A stretch of DNA of 64,000 nucleotides from Tricharina praecox (Eukaryota), in assembly GCF_024521635.1 (NCBI RefSeq), contig NW_026250441.1, positions 62,001 to 126,000 of the forward strand, written 5' to 3'. A program made the position numbers and the translations under genes. Each line of letters starts with the position of its first letter. The stretch's first letter is position 1. Under the pieces are notes generated by a model, which ran no database searches, was not told the DNA's origin, and saw only the letters and a program-made list of their open reading frames with translations. This document shows positions 24,901 to 35,263 of the stretch, one piece after another.

Positions 24901-27900
24901 GCGTAAGTGAACCACATCACTTGGGTGTGCCTTTCCACATGGCTGACTTTCGGATCGCTTTGCTTTGCAGTGGGTAAGTGAACCAAATCACTTGGGTGTG
25001 CCTTTCCACATGGCTGACTTTCGGATCGCTTTGCTTTGCAGGAAGTAAGTGAACCACATCACTTGGGTGTGCCTTTCCACATGGCTGACTTTCGGATCGC
25101 TTTGCTTTGCAGATTGTAAGTGAACCAAATCACTTGGGTGTGCCTTTCCACATGGCTGACTTTCGGATCGCTTTGCTTTGCAGGAAGTAAGTGAACCACA
25201 TCACTTGGGTGTGCCTTTACACATGGCTGACTTTCGGATCGCTTTGCTTTGCAGCGCGTAAGTGAACCACATCACTTGGGTGTGCCTTTCCACATGGCTG
25301 ACTTTCGGATCGCTTTGCTTTGCAGTGGGTAAGTGAACCACATCACTTGGCTGTGCCTTTCCACATGGCTGACTTTCGGATCGCTTTGCTTTGCAGCGCG
25401 TAAGTGAACCAAATCACTTGGGTGTGCCTTTCCACATGGCTGACTTTCGGATCGCTTTGCTTTGCAGGAAGTAAGTGAACCACATCACTTGGGTGTGCCT
25501 TTCCACATGGCTGACTTTCGGATCGCTTTGCTTTGCAGCGCGTAAGTGAACCACATCACTTGGGTGTGCCTTTCCACATGGCTGACTTTCGGATCGCTTT
25601 GCTTTGCAGATTGTAAGTGAACCAAATCACTTGGGTGTGCCTTTCCACATGGCTGACTTTCGGATCGCTTTGCTTTGCAGGAAGTAAGTGAACCACATCA
25701 CTTGGGTGTGCCTTTCCACATGGCTGACTTTCGGATCGCTTTGCTTTGCAGGAAGTAAGTGAACCACATCACTTGGGTGTGCCTTTCCACATGGCTGACT
25801 TTCGGATCGCTTTGCTTTGCAGGAAGTAAGTGAACCACATCACTTGGGTGTGCCTTTACACATGGCTGACTTTCGGATCGCTTTGCTTTGCAGCGCGTAA
25901 GTGAACCACATCACTTGGGTGTGCCTTTCCACATGGCTGACTTTCGGATCGCTTTGCTTTGCAGTGGGTAAGTGAACCAAATCACTTGGGTGTGCCTTTC
26001 CACATGGCTGACTTTCGGATCGCTTTGCTTTGCAGGAAGTAAGTGAACCACATCACTTGGGTGTGCCTTTCCACATGGCTGACTTTCGGATCGCTTTGCT
26101 TTGCAGATTGTAAGTGAACCAAATCACTTGGGTGTGCCTTTCCACATGGCTGACTTTCGGATCGCTTTGCTTTGCAGGAAGTAAGTGAACCACATCACTT
26201 GGGTGTGCCTTTACACATGGCTGACTTTCGGATCGCTTTGCTTTGCAGCGCGTAAGTGAACCACATCACTTGGGTGTGCCTTTCCACATGGCTGACTTTC
26301 GGATCGCTTTGCTTTGCAGTGGGTAAGTGAACCACATCACTTGGCTGTGCCTTTCCACATGGCTGACTTTCGGATCGCTTTGCTTTGCAGCGCGTAAGTG
26401 AACCAAATCACTTGGGTGTGCCTTTCCACATGGCTGACTTTCGGATCGCTTTGCTTTGCAGGAAGTAAGTGAACCACATCACTTGGGTGTGCCTTTCCAC
26501 ATGGCTGACTTTCGGATCGCTTTGCTTTGCAGCGCGTAAGTGAACCACATCACTTGGGTGTGCCTTTCCACATGGCTGACTTTCGGATCGCTTTGCTCTG
26601 CAGTCGGTACGTGAACCAAATCACTTGGGTGTGCCTTTCCACATGGCTGACTTTCGGATCGCTTTGCTTTGCAGATTGTAAGTGAACCAAATCACTTGGG
26701 TGTGCCTTTCCACATGGCTGACTTTCGGATCGCTTTGCTTTGCAGGAAGTAAGTGAACCACATCACTTGGGTGTGCCTTTCCACATGGCTGACTTTCGGA
26801 TCGCTTTGCTTTGCAGGAAGTAAGTGAACCACATCACTTGGGTGTGCCTTTCCACATGGCTGACTTTCGGATCGCTTTGCTTTGCAGGAAGTAAGTGAAC
26901 CACATCACTTGGGTGTGCCTTTCCACATGGCTGACTTTCGGATCGCTTTGCTCTGCAGTCGGTACGTGAACCAAATCACTTGGGTGTGCCTTTCCACATG
27001 GCTGACTTTCGGATCGCTTTGCTTTGCAGATTGTAAGTGAACCAAATCACTTGGGTGTGCCTTTCCACATGGCTGACTTTCGGATCGCTTTGCTTTGCAG
27101 GAAGTAAGTGAACCACATCACTTGGGTGTGCCTTTCCACATGGCTGACTTTCGGATCGCTTTGCTTTGCAGGAAGTAAGTGAACCACATCACTTGGGTGT
27201 GCCTTTCCACATGGCTGACTTTCGGATCGCTTTGCTTTGCAGGAAGTAAGTGAACCACATCACTTGGGTGTGCCTTTCCACATGGCTGACTTTCGGATCG
27301 CTTTGCTTTGCAGGAAGTAAGTGAACCACATCACTTGGGTGTGCCTTTCCACATGGCTGACTTTCGGATCGCTTTGCTTTGCAGGAAGTAAGTGAACCAC
27401 ATCACTTGGGTGTGCCTTTACACATGGCTGACTTTCGGATCGCTTTGCTCTGCAGTCGGTACGTGAACCAAATCACTTGGCTGTGCCTTTCCACATGGCT
27501 GACTTTCGGATCGCTTTGCTTTGCAGGAAGTAAGTGAACCACATCACTTGGGTGTGCCTTTACACATGGCTGACTTTCGGATCGCTTTGCTTTGCAGCGC
27601 GTAAGTGAACCACATCACTTGGGTGTGCCTTTCCACATGGCTGACTTTCGGATCGCTTTGCTTTGCAGATTGTAAGTGAACCAAATCACTTGGGTGTGCC
27701 TTTCCACATGGCTGACTTTCGGATCGCTTTGCTTTGCAGGAAGTAAGTGAACCACATCACTTGGGTGTGCCTTTACACATGGCTGACTTTCGGATCGCTT
27801 TGCTTTGCAGCGCGTAAGTGAACCACATCACTTGGGTGTGCCTTTCCACATGGCTGACTTTCGGATCGCTTTGCTTTGCAGGAAGTAAGTGAACCACATC

Positions 27901-28696
27901 ACTTGGGTGTGCCTTTCCACATGGCTGACTTTCGGATCGCTTTGCTCTGCAGTGGGTAAGTGAACCAAATCACTGGGCGTGCCTTTCCACATGGCTGACT
28001 TTTGGCCGGCCTTCCAATATACAGGAGGTAAGAAAACCTGATCACCCGAACCTCCCGTGACATTCATCTGACCATCGCCTCTCTTTGCGTCGCGGAAGGT
28101 AAGTGAACTGAAGCACCATGCATGTGTGACGCCGGTAGGAAAGTACTGAAATATGGGCTCCGGTTTCGCGCAGATTGTAAGCTCACTTCCTTTGAATGCT
28201 GTTCACTGTGCCCGGCGGTTGGCTCACATTGGCTTGACTTTCTTCGCAGGCGGTAATTGAACCTCCTCGCCGTGATGATCATTGACTGATACTATCTGCC
28301 TTTCCCCCTGGCCTTTTACGTCTTAGAAAGTACGTGACTTGTTCTATGATCCTCTTTGCTTTGTCGGTGCTAATAAAAGGTATCTGATGTCTCAGTTTGT
28401 ATGTATCATTCTTTCGGTTCATTCCGTCTGCGCCACAATTGATCGGTCTGTTGCTAACACACGGTAGCTGGTAAGTAATATGTTCCCATCCGCGCGTCGT
28501 ACTGTGGTGCTAACGTACGGCTGATTGATTTCCGCAGGAAGTAAGTCTTTTCGCTCAGGGCCCTTTTCTTTCTCGGAGCTGTTACCGACTGTAGGCTCTT
28601 CTTGGCCTCTAGGAGGTAAGTGGGGTCTTTTTCTGGTTGCTAGTCGTTTATTTGTCATCGTTGACCTTTTACCAGTTTTGCCTTGATGATGTTTGA
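21932..28696 (+). CDS. fungal NLR-like NACHT-ankyrin protein with a C-terminal tail encoded by about 63 three-nucleotide micro-exons
   Basis: Exons 21932-22113, 22201-22211 and 22275-24016. The third carries Walker A ADPGCGKT, Walker B CIIDALDEC, GADHTFLWV, LIHQTAKEFL, LDYAAKNW and about 2 ankyrin repeats. Then 3-nt exons between canonical introns from 24085 to 28615, and a terminal exon 28676-28696 (FCLDDV*). Confidence 0.88.
24761..28024 (+). repeat. 71-bp tandem array = 68-nt spliceosomal intron + 3-nt micro-exon; 45 full units plus one partial
   Basis: Unit GTAAGTGAACCAMATCACTTGGGTGTGCCTTTMCACATGGCTGACTTTCGGATCGCTTTGCTTTGCAG + NNN, with donor GTAAGT, branch GCTGAC, a pyrimidine tract and acceptor CAG. 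Micro-exons fall at 24829 + 71n (n=0..44). Confidence 0.95.
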
Positions 28697-29555
28697 TCAT
28701 GTTTCATGATCCTCGACATTGGAGACGGAAGTAGGAATGGAGAAGGAGGCAGAGGTGGAATAGGAGGAGCGAAAGCAAGTTTGAGGGACGACGGAGGGAA
28801 AACGATGTTAGAGAACATCGAAATTGATGGTGGAGACTGCTTGTTATCTTGGGGCGGGGCGAACATGGTGGACTAGTGGTGAGCATCGCGGTGTCGCGGC
28901 GGTGGGCGTACTCGTATTCCTGTAATTGGGCACTTGAAGACGGTCATGTGAGATTTTACCCATCGCGACCGTTCGTTTCGCATGTGACTACTGGATCCCG
29001 AATGATTACACCGAGCTCCGTGCATGACTGTCGACAGCAATACTAAGTGGCTATTTGAAGCGGCGAGCGCAGGTATCCGCGTCAAAATGCACCGCCGCCT
29101 CTGGGTCTCGGTGCACCATTCTGTCATACCTCTGTTAAGATTACTCATATCGCCGATACCTATTTTGTATCGGATCCTCTACTTCTCCCAGAGTAAGAGC
29201 ATCAAGCGAATCTATTATATGCTGTCATGAAAGATGGATGTCGGCGAAAGACGTAGACCTGCGTGTGGAGGCCTGAAGCCGAGACGTCCGGATGACTCCC
29301 GACTCTCGGAGGTCCCGACGTGATGGTTCCGGCGAGTGCCATCTTGTGCAGGGCACCCGGAAAAGGTCGATAGGAAGCGGCTCGCACCTCTCGCGCAGGA
29401 CTATCGAGCCCCGAGCTGATAGGGCTTGTACGCTATGTAGAGATGTTATCCCGTCGGACCAGAACCTCGGCATTCTATGTGAAATGTCCTGAAATAGATA
29501 CGCGGATTGGTAGGAAGATAGAAGTACAGGTGGAAAGATAACTGTTTTGTAGCTT

Positions 29556-30046
29556 GCCTCTTCTCTATCGTCCGGTCCGTCCGTCTAAACCTAGGACGTG
29601 GCGGCCAAGGCTTCTTCGGCGGACGGACGAGACGGACGGCCATCCGGCAAGCCGTGGGTAAACACCTGATTTCGGGCGTGGCCTTGGCGGCCAAGGGAGA
29701 TATGATGCCTCTAGCGCTGTGACAGGGGCCGGGCGCCGCAGCTTAGGCGTCCGAGTCAGAATACTGCTACTTTTCGTAGTAACAGCTAGAGGAGGACTGC
29801 CCATCTCTGTGCGCGGTACTGGCCAAAGGTAGTTGATCCCCACACAAAATATATCGTGATATCTCGCTCGCATATCTGCAAACGGCTAGTGAACGCCCTT
29901 ATTGGGACGAGTGATCCGGATGTTATCACATGGTATGGACGGTCGTCCACTGTCGTCGAACGAGGACCGACCCGTCCGTCCCAGGCTCAGACCGTCCGGG
30001 AAAATCGTTTTAGCTATCCGTCCTGTCCGGACGATGGAGAACACTA
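29556..30046. mobile_element. hAT-type MITE, degenerate left end
   Basis: Right end GGACGATGGAGAACACTA; left end TTCTCTATCGTCCGGTCC. Interior 29620-29790 is the reverse-complement homologue of 54060-54260. Confidence 0.75.
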
Positions 30047-30912
30047 CATCAGACCCGAGCCGTGTGCTGTGATTGCTGCTACACACAGTGCTCTCCTTGC
30101 GACTGTCTACATACATTATATGCAGATTCCTCCGTCGTCCCTAAGGTTCTTTCGATTCCCGCCGCTTCACGACTTCTTCGGCGGAGTGCTGCGCATCACT
30201 CATGAGCGACATGGCATTCCGCGCGTGAGCATGAAAAGGTCACATACATACCGAAGCGATGATCCACGCCGCAGTCGAGGAACGTTCAATCGGCTTGCTA
30301 GAAATCTCGCGATCGTTACTACTAGGTGTACACTGGACGACTGATTTCCCATGGTGGCGTGTGGACGGATGTGTCGAAAGTGCGTTCGGGGGATGGAGGC
30401 GTACACAATCGCAGGATACAACAACGGTAACGGCAACGGCAACGGCATCACAGTTCACCAAGCCGGTATACCATCTCCCATGACCCGTGAGAGACCGAAA
30501 CCAAGTCCGTTTTGCGTCAGGGGTTATGTGAGTACTTATCGGATGTAGAACTACAACCCAATCCTCCAACCCTCAGCGCGCCCGCCCAAGCTCCAAGTTC
30601 CAACAGCGCAGTCCTGCTCGCATGATATGTTTACATAACTACCTGCACGCGATGACTGGGGCCCGGTTAAGTACCGAGATGCGAGATGGCTCCGCCACCG
30701 CAGCTCCGCTGCAACGTGCCGCTACTCCCGCCGCTACTCCCGCCACTATATACCCCCGCGGCCGCTCACCCCGGTCGGGAATAAAGGATTTGCACCTTGT
30801 GCCTGCAGACGCCGTGCTGCTAACTAACTACTCACCGGCGGTCAGCCTACGGGTACTTGCTACTATCGATAGATAAGTAGATAAGTAGGTACGTAGGTAC
30901 CGGTAATGATGT

Positions 30913-30998
30913 CGGGACTCCGAACTCGGAGCCGGGACTCGGGACTCCGGACTCGGGAGTTGGAGATCGGGACTCCGGACTCGGGAATCGGGACTCGG
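30913..30998. repeat. short degenerate tandem repeat of about 7 bp (GGACTCS)n
   Basis: Repeated GGGACTC/CGGACTC units. Confidence 0.7.
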
Positions 30999-31373
30999 CA
31001 GTTGGGAGTGCTGCTGGGTAGGTACCTGCAGCTTGGTATCTTACTATCCTGATATCGTGATATCGGCACTGTCTACATGTGTTCGATATTGAGCATCATC
31101 GTTGTCTTCCGGCGATGGCTGTGACTGATTGACTGACTGGCCGGTGTTGCCGGAGTTGGTTCGGCCATGGGCGCCCGGGCAGCCCACTGTTCGGGTCTGC
31201 GGCGCGTTCCGATCACGATGATGGATTATCTCCATTCGCACTATGAGATTCTCTTCATTCGTATGATCGTATCATGGTTTGCGGCCCAAATCCCCAAAAA
31301 TTCCCGCCACAAAACCAATTGAACCCAAAACCCAAACCCCCAAAACACCCCGTCCCCCGATAACCCCTACTGC

Positions 31374-33401
31374 CTACCCAAAAACCCAACTCGCAAACTC
31401 CCACGCCCAGCCCCTCCTCCTCCTAACCCTAGTCCTATCAAACGCCTCGCGATGAATACTATAGCTCATCTCCGCGGCACCCACCATCGGCGTCCTCACG
31501 ACCAGCAGCTTCGTAACCGCATAGATGAGCACAAAGACAAACACCGCGAGATACGCCGCCAAAAAATCCGCCTGCTTGAACGGCCTGAAAATGAACACAT
31601 CAAAGCCATTAAACAGGATTAGCAGCGCGCACCCCACAGCGCCGATATACGCGGCGGCGGGCTGGCCAGGGGAGGCGTATGGATAATCGCCGCTCGCGCG
31701 ATCGTACGGCGCGGTCCCAGTCTGCAATCCGTGATAGAACCGGATAAACGCTAGACACTGGCACAGCCAGACGATGAGGCAGGCGACAGTTTCGATCTGG
31801 GAGAAGACGCCGAGGAGCTCCTGCGCGTTGCCACCGCCGCACTGGAGGTAGGCGAGGGGCGCGAAGATGCAGCTCGCGAAGATGGCGGCGAGCGGGACGC
31901 CATTTTTGGTTGTATGGCGGAACACGGAGAGCACCGGGTGCGTGTCGTGGTCGAGCTTGACGGCCATGCCGTAGAGCGTCCGGCTCGCGACGAAGAGGGA
32001 CGTGTTCGCTGTGCTCATATTCGCGAAGATGAGGGCTGCGCTCACGAAGCCGGGGAGGAAGGTGATCCCCGCGTTCTTGATTGCGATTACGAAGGGCGAG
32101 AGGTCGCCGGTCGCGTTGCGTGGGTCGAAGAGGTTGGAGAGACCGCCGTCCGTGTACGGCACCGCGAGGGAGACGGAGAAGATCGCGGCGAGGTACAGGC
32201 TGAAGGTCAGCCAGAAGATGCGTTTGGTGGCGCGGGGGAGGTCGTCGCGCGGGTATTTTGCCTGGAGACAAGGTGTCAGTTGCTTTCGTCCACGGTGAAG
32301 AGAGCGTAATGGCTTGGGTACATACCTCGCTGGCGGTGACTGCGACAATCTCGATACCGATGTATCCGAAGGCGGCCAGAGTCATACCCTTCCAGATAGA
32401 CAGGAACCGGCCAAGGTCACCATCGAGGTTTTCTTTACCGCCAAAGTTCGGCGAAAAGCGGTACTTAGCCTTCCAATCTGATAATCATTAGCGCCTCCCG
32501 TTGACATGTACCAGGAGTCGGAACTCACAATCGACGCCATGAACCTTCCCCTTCGGCCCAGCGCCGCGATTGATAAACAACATCAAGATGATCAACCCAA
32601 CCAGTAGCACCACCTTCAAAAACCCGATGACATACTCGACCTCACCGAACACACGGATGCCAAAAACATTAATAATAATAACAACCGCCAGAACTCCAGT
32701 AATAATCCAGCCCTGGCTCACATCTGGATTAAACCCGGTCGCTAGAATAGCGGTACTCGTGACCAGCGTCGTCACTCCCATCGAATAGCAGAACCAGTAC
32801 GCAATCCCGACAGTCCATCCGAGCGCGCCGTCCACGAACCGTGTGGGAAAATTCATCAGCGCGCCAGACTCGGGAATGAGCGAGACCATCTCGCCGAGCG
32901 ACGAGACGACGCAGTGCAGGATAAACCCGGTGAACAGGTATGACAGCAGCGCGCCCGCGGACCCGCACAGCCGCAGGATCTGTCCGCTGCCGATCAGAAT
33001 GCCCATGCCGATCGTGCCGGAGAGCGATATCATCTGCACCGGAATATTCAGTATCCAATCGCCGGGCACACGGACACGGAGCGAACCCGCCTAGCACAGA
33101 GTACAATACATACCAGAATATGTCTCCTAACAAGCAGCGGCCGCAAATCGTAATGCGTCCCGAGGCCCTTCCGTGCGCCGGGCGGCACGCGCGGGCGCGG
33201 GCGCGGGCGCGGCTCCATCTCGACGTCGTCGCTCTTGCCTTCGCCCTCGCTGTAGGCCGAGCCGCGCCGGTCCGCGTGCGGCGACAGCTCCGGGACGAGC
33301 GCGGACGTCCAGGGCGGGTGCGTGGGGATGTGCGGGTTCATGGGAGTGGGAGGGTGAGTGTGGGTGTGAGTGTTAGGGTTGCTCATGGGTTCATGGCTCA
33401 T
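31374..33401 (-). CDS. amino acid permease (APC superfamily, YAT type)
   Basis: MISLSGTIGMGILIGSG, SLGEMVS, FPTRFVDGALG, FGEVEY, AAFGYIGIEIVAVTASE, SPFVIAIKNAGI and LFVASRTLYGMA; many TM helices; several introns. Confidence 0.9.
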
Positions 33402-35263
33402 GGCTCATCGGGGTGAGGTGTGTTCGCAGCTGTGGGGGAGGTGGGTGCGAAGTTGTGGGGTTTTCTGGGGCAAATGGGAGGGACAGCGACAGGAGCGAGA
33501 ACGGGCGGTAGATATGTATGGATGGATGGTGTGGATGGGGTGTCGCAGAACATGGCCAGTGGTAGGATGGCAGCACTGCGTGACCTGAACCCATGCGTAC
33601 CTACTAAGGTAACGACTCGACAGTGACACAGCCCCCCAGCCCCCGCTGCTGGCTACCCCAGTCGTGCGCGTCTTTGACATGCGCGCTCCGGCATGCGCAG
33701 GCAGCACGTTAGTTCCCGCAGCGGCGACAGCTTCCTACGTGGGGCGGCTGAAGGCGGTGAAGATACCGGCGACTCGGCACTGGGCTGTGGGCAGTGGGCG
33801 AAGGTGTTATTTTCAAGGAGACTGTGAGTGTGCATATTATTGATTTTTGTTGATGGCGGTGGGCGTACTGGTTATTGATAGAACACACGGATCGAGGAAC
33901 GAGTCTTGCGCTCCAGCCGTCGTACTCATTCGCAGTGTGGGCTGCCATATCGGCGTCACTCTGATCGACGCACTGCAGGGACTGAGTCCATGGGTGAGGA
34001 GGGCCCCGGCACGTGACCGGGAAAGGCGCACTGATCATTGATGGGGCGCACTAGCGGATTCGCATTCGTATCCTCGGTGTCTATTGGGACTACTACTCAA
34101 TAGAACCAATTGCATCCACCCTCCATCTCTATTCTGCCTGCTGTACCGCACCACCCTTTGATGCTGTTCCTGAATCTGGATGTCAGCATTCCCGCCTGTT
34201 GCAGCGGGCTTCACCTGCTTCTAGAGACTGGCAAGTTCGTTGGAATGGTGCGCTTAATCCAGGTGCCGTGCAATCTCTCTCGGCCGCGCAGACGTTCACT
34301 AGTTATCAAGGGGAATCCCGACTCCCGACTCCCGAGCCCTGCTTGACGAGACGAGACGAGCGGGCACACGGACCACTGTTCATGCGCCGCAGCCGAGAGC
34401 TGGCGCCGCGCAACTCGGAACCAGCCTGTGCGTGGCACCGGCGGAAGGAGGCTGGCGATGGTGGTATTGCGCTAGCTTCATTGCGGATAGCGCGGGTGGT
34501 GCAAAGGGGCCGCCCCTGCCAATCGTCTCCTCTCTGTCTCGGGGACTCGTCATTATTCTTCAGAGCTTCGATCCTACTCACAAACATAGGACCGCACGTG
34601 TGCCGGCTGCGAGTGGTGGGCCAAAACACCAACTGTACCACGGACTTCGAAGCTCTACCGTATCCTGGGGTCTATGTATTCCAGTTTCATGACCGAGTCC
34701 ACTCCCGATCTGACACCCCTGCCATCAGGCAGCGAATCAGCCGGCAGTCTGCAAACGATGTCTGGCCCATCCGTAGGCAAAGTATAGCACTCCACCTGTA
34801 CTCGGCTGCGAGTGCTGCGCCACGGCCATCTGCCTATCTACCACGGCCCTGGCAACGGACGGCCCTTCTCCCGCCCGCAACGGCCACTGCTGCATCGACG
34901 GCCGGAACAGGTGGCTCTACAAACACTCGGTGTCTGCCTTGCTTAATACACCCCGCGTCTCCTCCTCTTAGGAGCCTGGAGGCCCGCTTCCCCTACACAC
35001 CCTACACGCACCATCGTTCTGCCCATCCCATCCCATCCCGTCCTGACGTCGTCCGTCCGTGCGGTCGGTACCGGTCTAACTAAATTACACTACTGAGCCG
35101 CTGCCTCGCCGTGCCTGCCCGTCGACAATATCTCCGCCCGTACCGTACCATAACTATCGTCGAAACCGCCGGGCCATCCCAGAACAGCGTTATATAACTG
35201 AATAAATAATCCGCCCGTCGCGTTACTGACGGATCGCAAAGTCTCCCGTCGACCGGTATCCAT

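Noticed and set aside
24761..28024. CRISPR array or plain non-coding minisatellite
   Set aside because: Eukaryotic context, 68-nt repeats, 3-nt 'spacers' that recur, and no cas genes. Each unit carries donor, branch and acceptor signals, and the same intron/triplet rhythm continues into non-repetitive flanks on both sides.
27828..28067. 79-aa minus-strand ORF with a KSAMWKGTP repeat
   Set aside because: Antisense translation of the intron array; neighbouring units contain stops.
29565..29873. ORF similar to the one at 53918-54271 (KSSSILTR.PK.RRPA), suggesting a small gene family
   Set aside because: Both lie inside MITE copies; the similarity is transposon DNA with no transposase motif.
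34199..35083. 294-aa ORF
   Set aside because: No protein-like composition or motifs; lies in the GC-rich divergent promoter region.
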